NCBI GenBank assembly: GCA_030264375.1
Contig: JASCQW010000139.1
Location: forward strand, 12,454,708 to 12,518,707
Source of the DNA: Carcharhinus longimanus
Lineage: Eukaryota
Length of the DNA: 64,000 bases
Reading direction: 5' to 3'
In this document: in pieces, positions 49,430-64,000 of the stretch
How the letters are laid out: the number at the start of each line of letters is the position of its first letter
Position numbering within the stretch: the stretch's first letter is position 1
Translations under genes and position numbers: made by a program
The notes under the pieces: generated by a model
What the model was told of the DNA's origin: nothing
Databases searched by the model: none
The model's input: the letters and a program-made list of their open reading frames with translations, nothing else

Positions 49430-50260
49430 CTATACTGTGGCCAAATTCTGCTCCAACTCCATGTTCAAGTTTGCTGATGACACCACTGTAGTGCATCGGA
49501 TCTCAATCAATGACAAAATGGGGTACAAAGAGAATCCAGTAAAATGGTGCAGCTACAATAATCTCTCCCTCAGTGTCAGTAAAACAAAGGATATGGTCAT
49601 TGACTTCAGGAAATGTAGTGGATGACATGCTGCTCTCTACATCAATGGTGATTAAGTGAAAGTGGTTGAGAGCTTCAAGTTTTTAGGTGTCCAGATCACC
49701 ACCAACCTATCCTGGTCCCTCCAAGCTGATGCTGTAGTTAAGAAAGCCCACCAATGCCAGGAGGCTAAGGAAATTCAGCATGTCTGCTACAAACCTCCAA
49801 TTTTTACAGATGCACCATGGAAAGCATCCTTTTCGGATGTATCTCAGCTTAGTGTGGCTCCTGCTATGCCCAAGACTGCAAGAAACTACAAAAGATTGTT
49901 AACGTAGCCCAGTCCATCAGGCAAACCAGCCTCCCATCCATGACTCTGTCTGCACTTCCCACTGTTTTGGAAAAACAGGCAGCCTAATCAAGGATCCTAT
50001 GCACCCCGAGCATATTCTCTCCCTTTTTTGTTGTTGGAATCTGAGAACACATACCAACAGACTTGAACAGCTTCTTCTCTGTTGCCATCAGACCTTTTAA
50101 ATGGACCTATCATACAATAAGCTGATCTTTCTCTACACCCTATCTGTAACTGCAACATTATATTCCGCGCACACACCTGTGTACAGTATTTTTTGTCTGT
50201 ATAGTGCGCGAGAAGCAATACTTTTCACTATTCCAATACATAAGACAATAATAAATCAGT
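49430..50260 (+). mobile_element. Rex1/Babar LINE 3' fragment
   Basis: FKFADDTTVV, NNLSLSVSKTKDMVIDFRK and VVESFKFLGVQITTNLSW. Confidence 0.88.
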
Positions 50261-51162
50261 AGTTCTTTCTGCACTAAGAGGGAAGGGGAATACCAATCTG
50301 TGCAGACTATGGAGTGTGTTGAGGAAAATTCTGCATCAGAGTACCAGTGGGAGCCTCTATCAGGTTACTCATTAAGATCAATGGAGATAAAATTGGCCTG
50401 GATTTCTACTCCAATTGCTCTCGAACAACCCCACAATGAAGCGTCAATGTGTACATCTTTGGACAACATTGGATTCTGTTGCGATGCTTCCTGTTCAAAC
50501 ACAGTAGTCATATAGCTGAGCTACTTCAACAAATGTTTGCCTTCCAAAGTGGGATAAAAATTAGCCTGAGGTGCCCACAGAAGCTATAATGTAATCTAAC
50601 TGGCTGCAGATCCTGTATGTGTAGTGTTGTTAACTTATGAAGTTGGCTTTATATTGTACCACCTTAGAAAATATTTTTGGGATAGGTGAATATTATTTTA
50701 AACTGCTACTTTGGAAATGTTATGCCATTTCTGTTGAGTATGAAATATCAACTTGTCTACAAGGATTGTCTCATCTCCAAGTGAATTTGCTATTTTTAAA
50801 AAAGGTGGCAGGTTTTAATTGAAATCTACATACTTGTCCCTGCCAATTCAGGATAAAGGAATGATTCCATTAGTAATTAAATTATTTCTAGCTTCTCAAA
50901 TTCGCGCTACATAACATTGGTGGTTGCAAAATTGCATAAGTAATATGCGCCATGACTGCAGAGCCTCCCAGGCTAACATGCAAGGGATATCCTTCCACTT
51001 ATGCAGTAAACCACAATTACAGGAATAGATGGTAAGAATGAAGTTTTGTAAGGACAGGGTTGTTTCATGGACACTGACGTATCTGCATTTAAGGTGGTTC
51101 TGGCAATGCTGGGAGGGTTGAGAAATTTTGAGACACGATCTCAAGTTCAGGGAACTTTTAAA

Positions 51163-52160
51163 GAATTTATTTATGGGATGTGGGCCAACATTTGCTCATC
51201 CCTAATTGCCCTTGAAGGTGGTGATGAACAGCCGCCTTGAACTACTGCAGTTCATGTGGTATAGGAACATCCACTGTGCAGTTAGAGAAGGAACAAGCAA
51301 CACGTGAAGGATAAAGATATATTTCCATGTCAGAGTGGTGAATGACTTGAAGGGGAACTTCCAGGTGGTGGTGTTCCTTTTGTGCCTGCTACCCTTATCC
51401 TTGTAGATGGTCACTGTTGTGGTTTTGGAAAGTGCTGCCTATGGACCTTTTTTTGAGTTCCTGCAGTGCATCTTCTAGATGGTGTACACTATTGGCACTG
51501 CTTTAGATGGTGGATGGGGTGCCAATCAAATGGGCTNNNNNNNNNNNNNNNNNNNNNNNNNNNNNNNNNNNNNNNNNNNNNNNNNNNNNNNNNNNNNNNN
51601 NNNNNNNNNNNNNNNNNNNNNNNNNNNNNNNNNNNNNNNNNNNNNNNNNNNNNNNNNNNNNNNNNNNNNNNNNNNNNNNNNNNNNNNNNNNNNNNNNNNN
51701 NNNNNNNNNNNNNNNNNNNNNNNNNNNNNNNNNNNNNNNNNNNNNNNNNNNNNNNNNNNNNNNNNNNNNATTCTGCACTCTCTCATTTCCTTCTCTATGA
51801 ACGGTATGTTTTGTCTGTATAGCATGCAAGAAACAATACTTTTCACCCTGTTAATACATGCAACAATAAATCAAATCAAATAGGAGATTCAGTGATGGTA
51901 ATACCATTGAATTTTATGGGTAAGATTCTCTCTTGTTGGAAATGGTCCTTACCTGGCACTTGTTATTCGCCCTTATCAACCCAAGACTGGATATTGTCCG
52001 CATCGTGTTGCATTTGGACATGGACTGCTTCAGTATGTGAGACGTGAATGGTACTGAACATTGTGCAATCTTCTATAGATATCCCAACCACTGAACTTAC
52101 AATAGAAGGAAGATCATTTATGAAACAGCTGAAGATGGTTGAGCCTCAGACACTACTCTT
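51163..52160 (-). mobile_element. Second CR1-like family fragment with a nested Rex1 (+ strand, gap to 51880)
   Basis: 3' end atgggatgtgggccaacatttgctcatccctaattgcccttg; Rex1 tail caataaatcaaatcaaa at 51861-51880. Confidence 0.75.
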
Positions 52161-52574
52161 GTGAATTTGCCCAAGAACTGAGAAATTGGTTGGGGGGAGC
52201 GTGTTGGCACTTCCTAGGAACACTGGGGAAGATGTTGGGATGCTGGAAGGAGATTCCCAGGGCCTAAAAGGATTAAAGAGAGAACTTTTGAATTCCATGA
52301 ATAGTGGCTGTTGGATTTGGGATCACTGGTGATGTGTCACAGGGTGGAATGGAGAAGGGAGGCATCCTGTGAGAGATCCTGAGATACAGCCATGTACAGA
52401 ATGAGGTTTTAGAGAATTAACTATTGTGATTGTCATCAGGTTCTTAACATTGTACATGCTATCAGCACTTAAGCATAAATTTGTTAACAAGTAAAATTGC
52501 TGGACAGGACCTGGGAAGGGGAGGCACAATTTTATCATAAATATGATTGATTTTTATCATAAATGCAGATTGGG

Positions 52575-52836
52575 TGCTGTATGTCAGATTTTCCTTGAGC
52601 CTCCTTAGAATGGTGTAGGAGTGGGGCAGAGTATTAAAATGACAGGCAATTGTAAACTCAGTTCACTCTTGCTGACTGAGCAAAGCAATTATGCTCTGGT
52701 CTGTCCAGTGTAGCGAGATCACATCATGAGCAGTGACTATAGTCCAATAAATACAAGGTGGAAGTAAATCACTTTCACCTGAAAGCAGTTTGGACTTGGG
52801 TGGCAGGGGGAAGTGATCATCCGTTGAGCTTGCAAA
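52575..52836 (-). repeat. Local duplicate of a decayed PLE GIY-YIG segment (other copy 53838-54108)
   Basis: Long shared runs such as gttcactcttgctgactgagcaaagcaattat-ctctggtctgtccagtgtagcgag. Confidence 0.85.
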
Positions 52837-53494
52837 TTTTGAGTTCCAAAACTCTAATTTTAAAGAAGTTCATGATGAAACAGACTACCTCAAAACAGTT
52901 TACCAATGCAATTTAAGTTTTTATATCAAATGTTGCTCGTTATATCACCAAAAGCATTGATTAAAGAAATTTCTCGATTTTTCTTTACAAGCTATTAAAA
53001 ATGCCAGAACTCCTCTTCCCATCTCTGAATACTGTTTTCTCATGTTGCTTTTGTTTTTCTTTACCAACTTCATAATAAAAAAACATAGAATGTAAGTTTA
53101 TCACTGGCTTCATAACATATTTGAGAATTAAAGCTTGTGTTAAGTTATTGGATTGAGGAGAAATTAGAATCAGGATTAGAAGAAAACACACTTTTGCCCT
53201 CCCAACACCTGTTACACTGCTTGCTGGAAAATACTGAAAATTACATGTTGAGAATACACAGCAGTGGAAATTCTCAATTGTTGAGAAAATTGAGGTTTTG
53301 AAGTTAAAAATTTTGAACTTATTTAAAGACATTACTATTCAGTGGAAAATAATCTGAAATATGTTTTTAAAATGTTTAAGCTTAAATTTCTCGAGTGTTT
53401 TATTGGAAAATTGATCTGTTTGCCCAATTTCTAGATAGCTTAAACTCAAACTAATATGATTTATATCATATATAAATATATGATAAATATGTTA

Positions 53495-54250
53495 AACAGA
53501 CAATGCAGAAATACTCATGGCCAGGGAATGAGAAGAGTTAGTGTTGAGAAATGGAAAATATTTTGAGATGTAACAAGTTTTAAGGAAGTGAAGGGGAGAA
53601 GGTAAATGGATAAGGAGAAGGAANNNNNNNNNNNNNNNNNNNNNNNCAGACAAGGTTATGATAAAAGGGACAGTAATGGTGTAAGTAAAGAAAGAAAACA
53701 TGGGTCTGAAGTAGGTGCAAATAGGAATATCAGAATCATCCCAAGCAACTGTCCAGAAATGGAAACTATAATTATGATGTGAAAATGTTGAACATGACGA
53801 GTCCAGAAGGCTGTGCCACGCTTAATTGAAAGATCAGATACTGCATTTCAGATTTTCCTTTAGCTTCTTTAGAATGGTGTAGGAATGGGATGGAGTATTA
53901 AAATGACAGGTAATTGTAAACTCCCGGTTCACTCTTGCTGACTGAGCAAAGCAATTATACTCTGGTCTGTCCAGTGTAGCGAGTTCACATCACGAGCAGT
54001 GACTGCAGTCCAATAAATTCAAAGTAGAAGTAAATCACTGTTTCACCTGGAAGCAGTGTTTGGAGTCCGGGATGGCAGGGAGAAGTGATGCATCCACTGA
54101 GCTTGCAAGGGGATGTGCTGTTGCAAGTGCTTGGAGTGGACTAGAGTGTCATGGAGAAGCAGTCTCTAATGTTTGAAGAGGAGAAAAGCTATGTTTTGTC
54201 ATGACATCAGACTTGAGTTGGTGAGAATGTGAAAGGCAGTACACTTAATG
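53495..54250 (-). mobile_element. Decayed Penelope-like element (second family)
   Basis: Minus strand ttccaggtgaaacagtgatttac...cctgtcattttaatactcc resembles the FQVKQRFTC...CHFNS GIY-YIG region; the left end has the aatgcagaaatactca terminal motif. Confidence 0.55.
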
Positions 54251-54496
54251 TGGGACAGTATTTCCTTGTTACTTTCTGCTTGTCTGATTCAGTTGTTTCA
54301 TGCGTAGTCACTTTAAGATTCCCACGAGCATGCTTGTGTACATTTTAAAGGCAGTGTTGCCTGTGTATTACCTGTTTCCCTGCACAATAAATTCCCGGTT
54401 GTTGTCTGGTTGGACAGTTGAGGGCACGTTGGTGGAGTTGAAGATGTGGGCAAGGGAAAACCCAGTTGTGGATTTCAGGAAGGAAATTGGTTAATC

Positions 54497-55166
54497 AAAG
54501 AACAAAAAAAATTACAGCACAGGTACAGGCCTTTCAGCCCTCCAAGCCTGCAATGACCATGCTGTCCATCTGAATTAAAACCCCTATCCTTCCGGGGACC
54601 ACATCCCTCTATTCCCACACATGTCTGTAAGACGTCCCTTAAAAGTCACTATTGTATGTGCTTCCACTACCACCCCCAGCAGTGAGTTCCAGGCACCCAA
54701 CACGCCCTGTGTAAAAAAAAAAACTTGCCCTGTGCATCTCTTTCAAATTTTGCCCCTTGCACCTTAAACCTATGCCCCCTGGTAATTGACTCTTCCACCC
54801 TGGGGAGAAAGCTTCTAATTATCCACCCTGTCTATGCCCCTCAAAATCTTGTAGACTTCTATCAGGTCACCCCTCAACCTCCATCATTCCAGTGAGAACA
54901 AACCAAGTTTCTCCAACCTTTCCTCATAGGTAATGTTCTCCATACCAGGCAACAACCTGGGAATATGTTTCTGTACTCTGTCCAAAGTCTCCATCCTTTT
55001 GGCAGTGTGGTAATCATAATTGAACACTATATTCCAATTGTAGCCTAATTAAGGTCCTAGAAGGCTGCAACGTGCCTTGCCAATTTTTAAACTCAGTGCT
55101 CCAGCTGATGAAGGCAAGCATGCTGTGTGCCTTCTTGACTATCTTCTCCACCTGCGTTACCACTTT
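54497..55166 (-). mobile_element. CR1 (HER1-like) LINE 3' fragment
   Basis: aaagaacaaaaaaaattacagcacaggtacaggcc tail; tctatgcccctcaaaatcttgtagacttctatcaggtcacccctcaacctc (RLRGDLIEVYKILRGID reversed). Confidence 0.88.
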
Positions 55167-55177
55167 GTGGCTGAAAT

Positions 55178-55492
55178 CGTAGAATCCCTACAGTACAGGA
55201 GGCGGCCATTTGGCCCATCAAGCCTACACTGACAACAATCCCACCCAAGCCCTATCCACGTAACCCCACATGTTTTTCCTGTTAGTTCCCTTGACACTAA
55301 GGGCAATTTAGCATGGGCAATCAACCTAACCTGATGATCTTGGGAGTGTGGGTGGAAACTGGAGCATCTGGAGGAAACCTACGCAGACACAAGGAGAACT
55401 TGCAAACTCCACCCAATCACCCAAGGCCAGAATTGAATCCAGGTCCCTGGTGCTGAGAGGCAGCCCTGCTAACCACTGCCACCATGCTGCCT
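55178..55492 (-). mobile_element. HE1-like SINE, full length
   Basis: Minus strand head ggcagcatggtggcagtggttagc...ggattcaattc; tail gtagggattctacg. Confidence 0.88.
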
Positions 55493-55734
55493 GAGTTCAG
55501 GAAGTGGGATGGATACAGTTAAGGCAAATCTTTGAAGAAAATCCTAGATATGTTTGCCGTATCCTCAGCAATCCCCATCATCGCTGTATGTACATGTTTG
55601 GCATGCTGTGCAGATGCATGCTTCCAGTCACTAGGTGGTTCGTTTTGGCCTCAGTTCTGGAATTCAGAAAAAAAACTCAATATTCATTCTTCAAATTATC
55701 ACTTTTTTTACCTGCTGATACTCGAATCAAAAAT

Positions 55735-56375
<641 letters not shown>

Positions 56376-56589
56376 TAATGTGATTGAGAGTAACTGTTGC
56401 CAATCAACTGTGTTGAGAACTATGAAAGAAATGCATAACTTAGAATGCAGTTCTGTTGCACGGAGTTGAGCCTATTCAGTGGTTGTGTGGTGTTGGCTAA
56501 CTATGCTTCCAACAGCCTGCTTGGTTGCCCTGTCAAGCTGTCCCAGGATGCACAATCTTCAATTTACTACCTGCTCGCATTCAACATTC

Positions 56590-57030
56590 TCCCCCACAAC
56601 TGCTTCATTACTGTTTTCTTTCATTGTTTGCCCCTTTCTACCGCCATTCCTCCGCCACTACCAAAATCTTAGTCAATTCAGTCAACATATTGAGGTTTGA
56701 CTGCTCAATTTTCTCCCATTTTGACATCTCATTCAAAGTCAAACAAAATCCTACATACTTCCATTTGCATCCTTTCCTAGTCTTGTGCCCTGCCCCAGCC
56801 AAGCAGGTTCAAAATTTTCACCCTCCCTTATTGCTTCTCCTTATCTGACCTTCAACAATCTTGCATCTTGGCATTTCACCTTGTACAGCTATAATATCGA
56901 GCAACTGCCTTTTCCATTGCTTCTCCACTGCCTCATTATTGAAGCCACTTAAACCCTCAGTGCTGGTTTCTTCTGGATCTTACTGCATAGGTCACTATGC
57001 CTTCCTCAAAACTGCACTTGGAGCCCTATG
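56590..57030 (+). mobile_element. Very decayed L2-like fragment
   Basis: Pyrimidine-rich, ending gcttcctcaaaactgcacttgg; weak similarity to other L2 3' ends in the window. Confidence 0.35.
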
Positions 57031-59002
57031 AACTCACCGATTTCCTCTTGTGTATAGCATCCATTTTTATTTCCTGTTCTTTGACTATAAGGCGCCAATG
57101 AAGATTGCTAGAGAAATGCATGTGTGGATTGGCTGCTGCAAATCTGCTGGAAAGGAAATATCTCAAATAGATGGACTGATATAAAGAGTTTGCGCTCCAT
57201 TGACTTGGATTCTGGGACATTCTGCAGACTTTGTATTAGAAATCTAGTGCAACAAGAGAAAATAAGTTGCTTTATTTTACACTTTACATTTTTGCACCTT
57301 AACAGCTGAAATTACAATGTTATAAATTCTTTTTTTCTGAAAAAGGCATAAATCAAGGCCATGACCTGATCTTGGTAGACAGTCTGATATGACAGAATTT
57401 GACACATTTTGCCACCGCACAAGAGACTTGAACCTGAAGTTGCAGCCACATTATTTTGAGTTCCCCCAAGTGATCCTTGTGGTGTTTGACACACCAAAGC
57501 CAAGGTGTCCAACCAAGTGAAAAATAAAATTGTCTGGGACTCTCTTGTGGGCTCTTCTTTAATGACCTTGACCTGATGGCTGCTGAGCAGAACAGTGCAA
57601 AATGCTGTGCAAATTCCACATACCTGCATAGCTTCTCAATAGTGATGGCAAGGCTGAAAGGATAAATGTATTAACCCTTGTGTGGGGTTGGAGAATGTTT
57701 TAGCCTGCTTAGTGAAACCTTTTAAGGCAATCATTGAGAATTTTACTTATTTTATGATCTTGCCATAGTTCATTGTTCATCTGGAATAAGGTTTATTGAA
57801 GTCTATCTAATTAGAGGCCCAAACTGCACACCCTGACTGCAACAAGCTAACTGGGTGCTTATCTGTGATATTTGCTGACACTTTGCATGAAGGAAAGTAC
57901 AAGGGAAAGAAATGCCATTTTATGTAATGGCACCTTTTCAAATCTTTTACACAGGATTCCTGTACCTTAAAATTCATCTAATGTGTTTTGTGCATAATCA
58001 TAGGCACTCAAAACTTCAGTAACTTTTGAGTTCAGTTGCTCCTTTTTCATAACTAAATATTGTAACATTGGGCATATTTCAATATAGCTTTATGATCAAT
58101 GGACAAACTTTGTGGAGGCTCCAGTACCAATATTGATGTAAATACCATGGACAGGGGAACTTTCATCCTGAGGTTCTGTACAAGATGGGCTTTTGCAGCT
58201 GTTATGCTCTGCTTTCTGTACTTCAGACCAGCTAGTCCTCAGTCTAGATGTCTGCTCTGTCAGTAGCTATCTTTTTGTTGGATAGACATTTAGCTTTTGT
58301 TGCTTTCAAGGCATCTGAAGTGAACTTAAAGCATTGCCCAAATGGGGAAATGTATGTTTTGTTGATGTGCAAGACCAAAATTCCATAAACAGTAGAAATT
58401 GTCACCGTAAATTTGAGCTTTATAACCCTTTAAAAAGGAATCATTGTCCAAAGTTAGCCATGAAAAGCATCCAAAATCAGCTGCCGTTTTTGATGTCATT
58501 AAGTGCAGGACCTTGATAAATGATGTTTAAGCAGAAATTGTGGAAATTGCTATCAATGCCTTTTTGTNNNNNNNNNNNNNNNNNNNNNNNNNNNNNNNNN
58601 NNNNNNNNNNNNNNNNNNNNNNNNNNNNNNNNNNNNNNNNNNNNNNNNNNNNNNNNNNNNNNNNNNNGCTATCAATGCCTTTTTGTATCTTTAAATTTTT
58701 TTTAAAGACACAAAGAGGTTGATAGATGATAGTGGCACATGCTATATATGCAAGCAAATGGACACAATGTAAGTTCCCACAATTACAGATTTCACAAGTC
58801 TTTAGCAAGGTAGGAGGGAAGTCTTTTTTCCTCACTTGGGTTTGGAGGACAGGCTACAAGGGCAGATACTGCTTTTCTTGGATCAATTTAACAAGGATGA
58901 TAACTTCGGAAAAATGAGTTACAGATCATAAAAATTGGATTTGTTATCCAACTAAATTGCAACATGTATTTTTCTGACTTTTATTTTATTTCTCTTCTCT
59001 AG

Positions 59003-59191
<189 letters not shown>

Positions 59192-59839
59192 TAAAATCTC
59201 AATGTCATTATAAGAGACCAATGTTGTGTCTGACCCTCGTGGGCCTTCAGGCAACCCAAAGGAGGACCAACATCTTTACATTTTTCAAAAAAAATATTTA
59301 ATGCAGTTTAGGCACCACTGCTTCTAGAGTTGGATTTTAAATGTCCATCATCCTTTGAAAAATTCTAAATTATTCTAGAAGACAAATCAAAATTCTCCAT
59401 TCCTGAATTGAGATCTAATAAAATGAGAGGTTACTTGATGAGATTTTCAATTGCATATATATTTAAAACCAAATTTTTTATTTGCGTAGAATTCCTTTTG
59501 AATTATACATATGGCTCAAGAAATTGTTTCAACTGTTCCTATCTGCTTGCAGTTGTCTTTGATGACTGCAGTGATCTTATGTGCCACGTTTGCAATCCAG
59601 AAACAAAGAAAACATTTCATCGTGTGGTGTTCTGTTTCATTTGGAGGGTGAATTGTGGAAAGAGACCAACTTGGTTTTCTTGAATTCTACATGTTGCGAG
59701 GTTCTGGAATGTGTTGGGAATAAGGAGTAATATCCTATCCTAGTACTACACCTTGGTCTTGTCTTGTTGCCTAAATTGCATTTCTCTTGCCGGGAAGTTG
59801 TTCAGTATCTAATAGATATCATCTCTAATTTCTGTAAAA

Positions 59840-60042
59840 TTTCTCTCCGTGTCTGCATGGGTTTCCTCCCGTGCCCCAAAGATGTGTGGGTTGGGTTGAT
59901 TAGGTGTGCTAAATTGCCTTTTAGTGTTGGAAGATTAGCAGAGTAAATGTGTGGGGTTGCAGGAATAGGCCCTGGGTGGGATTGTGGTTGGTACAGACTT
60001 AATGGGCTGAATGGCCTCCTTCTGTACTGTAGTGATTCTACA
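59840..60042 (+). mobile_element. HE1-like SINE, 5'-truncated
   Basis: ttctctccgtgtctgcatgggtttcctcc...gctaaattgcc...gggctgaatggcctccttctgtactgtagtgattcta. Confidence 0.82.
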
Positions 60043-60456
60043 CTCTGTTTCTATATATTCTAAAGCTTCCATCCCAGAACAAAACGCACAACTGCAGTAT
60101 TTTGAACATAAAAGAAAATTCTACCAAAAAAACTTGTCATTTTAAAAAATCATTTTGGTTTATTTCACAGCTACAGAATACTTTGTTTTGCATGTAATAG
60201 GCCCCATGTTCTCAGGTATTTACCCATGCTCCATAGTGAAGTGTACTATGTTGCTCCAAGTTCTCAAAATGTCCTTTGAAATTTCCATCCATTAAACTTG
60301 ACAAATGGAAATGACTTCTCCAATTGCAATCTGCTCTTACAAGATTCTAGTTATCATTTGGGCTGTCACCGCCTTTCCTTCTAGCTACACTTCCACATTT
60401 GATTCCTTTAAAGCTACCTGTCCTGAATTTTGAAATTAAAATCCTGAAGTGTTTGA

Positions 60457-60720
<264 letters not shown>

Positions 60721-62092
60721 TAAATGAAGTTAAGTCCAGCTACAGGACAAATGTGTAATTTCTATACTTCTAGGTAGAGCTTGTCACTAAATTATTGACT
60801 TGGATCCTTTGCTTAACTGGCCATACCCATGATAAGAGAATAGTTGGCTCAATGGAAAACAGAACATGTTTTTGAGAAAATAATCCACAGTATGGAATTG
60901 AAAAACCATACAATTTTTTTTATTTGTGCAATCTGCCTTTGAAGGATGAGAGTTTGAAATTTGTAATTGAATTGTACGTAACATTTAGTGTTATAAGCAC
61001 TGACTTTGGATAATATACCATCCACTTTAATGAAGCCTTTTTTACTTGAGACTTCACTGTCATGTTTGAAATTAGCCATTTTAATAAAAGAACAAGCGAG
61101 AATTCTTAACATTAATTTACAGGTAATTCAAATTAGACCGTATGGTGGATCATATTTACTGAAATAGATCTTCCAAGTAATAACTGGGTTGTCTGGGTAG
61201 GTAACTTTTTTAGAAGTAAGTGGGCCGAGTTCTGGATGAAATCTAACAAGTTTCTGCATTTTGTGACCCTCTGAGGAAAAATTAGACCTTTTATTGTGTT
61301 GACTGTTCAGTGTTCTAAGTTTGCATGAGTTGGGAAATTCAATCTGATGAAACAAGGGGGGAGTATGCCTGTTGGTCAAATTAGCTTTCCTCATTTGTGA
61401 GAACTGTAGAGTTTTTTTTATTGTAAATATGCATTTAGGGTGGCTAGCTTATTACTGATCCCTAAGCATGGTAATGAAAGGGCAAAAAGGGCAAGTTAAA
61501 CATTGGATGTGCACACAGCATCCAATCAGTGCTGGCAAAGGGCAGGCCACATAAACCAAAGAGTTGCATGAAATTTGAAAACATTATGCTTGCTGGTACA
61601 TGAATTGTATGCTTTTAGTTCAGTTAGCCACTACACCTGGTCAGAATTGTGGTTTGGTGTTAGCTGAAAGAGCATGATCAAAATTACTCCCAGGTGTATG
61701 CTGGTTTTGAAACTCATTGCGTAGCGTTAAATATTGTGCAGCTTAACATTGCATGTCTAACTGCTTTTAGCTCTCCAGTTAATTTTCTACCCATCACTCC
61801 TTAAGGCACTGATTTCATACTTGGCACACTGGTTGCTCTTTATTATTTCCCTAAATGTCTATTCTTGCATGATCATGGATGATAAGTGTCAGCAGGTTTT
61901 GAACTGCAGGATGATACTGCCTGACCCAATCCTGTGTTCACATACACATGTGCTCACATTGCCAACTTGTAGTTCCTGTTCCAATCCAGGCAAACAACTT
62001 TGATTTTTTTATATATGAGTACCAAAGTCAGTTAAGCTTCTATTGCCATCCCTGATGTAATCAGCCAATAGAACACAAAAAAGGACCATTTA

Positions 62093-62330
62093 ATCAGAGT
62101 TTTACAGCACAAAGAGGCTCTTTGGCCCATCATGACTGCACCGGCCATCAAGCACCTGTTTATTCTAACCCCATTTTCTAGCACCTGGTCCATAACCTTG
62201 TATGATGTTTCAAGTGCTCATCTAAATGCATTTTACATGTTGAGGGTTCTTAAAGCTAGCCAGCCTCTCTTCATAGTTGAAAAGCTCCAGCCACGCAGCA
62301 TCCCGGTGAATCTCCTCTACACCCTGTTCA
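62093..62330 (-). mobile_element. CR1 3' end with internal deletion
   Basis: cagagttttacagcacaaagaggctctttggcccatc...catcccggtgaatctcctctacaccct (RVxRRFTGML reversed). Confidence 0.65.
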
Positions 62331-63614
62331 CTGCATCTTCAGGAGGTGTCATGGAAGTGGCAAAAGAGGAGTAAGAGCATCGTGATAGTATTTTTGTAGT
62401 ACTTTTTGACAGAAGTAGGTTTTTATTTTGCAGAGTTCCCTAAACAGTATCCTGACTCTAGCAGAATATTTGTGTGTTGCCGTGGCATTGAATGTCAATT
62501 TGGCTTCAGGTGGACTTTTATTTTCTTGAACAATTGCTCAGCGGCTTTCTTGCTTCACAAGTGCCTGCTACTACAGAACTATTAGATTGGTGTGGGCTGG
62601 TGGGTGCGGGTGTTATCCTTCTAAGTTTGAGGACCTAAAAGTGAAAATGGACTTTGTAATAATGCATGTAATCTTAGACTTGCTGTTTAATGGGGGCAAG
62701 TTATTACAGGAGGGCAGATCTTCTGCAAGATTGGTGATTTCTAATAACTCCCTGTTTTTGCAATTATCCAGTAAAGTATTCTTAAGGCATTCATCATTGA
62801 AGGTTGTCATATAGTTAGCTTGCTGAATGAAGTTCAGTAAGAATGTAAATGCATTTAAAGCCTTTCTAATTGTACAGTTTCAACTTAGAGTAAAATTATC
62901 CTTTTGTATGGTTCTTTGTTATGGCACTTGCCTTTCCAAAGAGAGAATTGTTATAATTGAGGTAGACATATAATGTCCGCCTGACTCACTTGCCCCATCC
63001 CCTCCTTTAATCTTTTATAATGTTAAATGGAGTAGCAAAATAAAGAAGGAAACGATTTGCATCATTTTGTAACCTTCATAAATCTATATTCATGGAAATT
63101 AGTATTTATTAAGAAGGGATGATAGAGATGGAAATCAAGATACTTTGTAACTTTTGTAGGAGGATAAATTAGCTACCTGTTTAAAAGAAAGTGAACATTT
63201 GTTTCCAAGATGAGAAATATTTGAGAATGCTGCCATCATGTTGCACAGAATTGTCTATCATGGAAAATTTTACCAGGACTATAATAAATACGTCCAACAT
63301 AGAGCAGCTAGAGTAGTTATACTGTCTGGTGTAATCAGTAGAAGTCTGCTGGTTTTATAGCATGGCATCTCCATAATCCTTTTTTAAACTGTGGATGAGA
63401 AAGGGTTCTCGGCTGAAGTAAAACCAGATTCATGGAGTTATTTTTTATGGTCAGTTTTAGAGCCCTGCACATAAAATAGTTTCAAGTATCTTGGCTTTTT
63501 CTGACAGGATTTTACCCATTAAACTCTATTAGTAGGCTTCTTCTATTCTCCACTGCCTCCTGTATGAAATATGTTAAAATTTGGAGTCCTTAACTTGCCC
63601 AAGTGTGTGTTCTC

Positions 63615-63860
63615 ACAGAATCATATCCCTACAGTGCAGAAGGAAACCATTCAGCCCATCAAGCCTGCGCTAACAATAACCCCACGTATTTACCCTGCTA
63701 ATCCCTCTGCTAAGTGGCAATTTAGAAAGACTAACCCGCACAACTTTAGACTATGGGAAGAAACTAGAGCATCAAGAGGAAACCTGTGCAGTTAGAGGGA
63801 CAACGTGGAAACTTCAAGGCTGGAACTGAACCTGGTCTCTGGCGTTGAGACGGTAGTCCC
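63615..63860 (-). mobile_element. HE1-like SINE
   Basis: atccctacagtgcagaaggaaaccattcagcccatc...gcaatttag...ggaactgaacctggtctctggcg. Confidence 0.78.
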
Positions 63861-64000
63861 ACCTGTGTGAGCCTTCAGAAGCCTATAGGACTGTTCCATG
63901 TAAGAGCTGAGCTTGAAGCTGTCCTTACCCAATATTCACATGTACACATGTCACAGCAGGAATCATTGACCAGTTAACCCGAGTGGAAACTCCCCGCGAA

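Overview
Vertebrate genomic DNA, most likely a cartilaginous fish (shark) judging by its repeat content, from a gapped draft assembly. The window holds the 5' part of PAFAH1B1 (LIS1) on the + strand: a CpG-island promoter, a probable non-coding exon 1 (donor at 634), and coding exons at 24111-24142, 56249-56333, 59003-59077 and 60475-60681. These give the first 133 aa (LisH, coiled coil, start of WD40-1). Exon 6 onward lies beyond the window. The two long introns (~23 kb and ~32 kb) are filled with decayed CR1, L2, Rex1/Babar, RTE and Penelope-like retroelements plus several tRNA-derived SINE families. Most notable: (1) an intronic histone H4 pseudogene that keeps its stem-loop and ~90 nt of 3' flank and runs directly into a same-strand SINE; (2) Penelope-derived mini fold-back elements carrying minimal hammerhead ribozyme motifs; (3) tandem uORFs and a frameshifting tandem splice acceptor in the dosage-sensitive LIS1 gene; (4) inverted SINE pairs bracketing exons 3-4 and exon 5. 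Repeat family names come from recognition, not database searches, and repeat boundaries are approximate.
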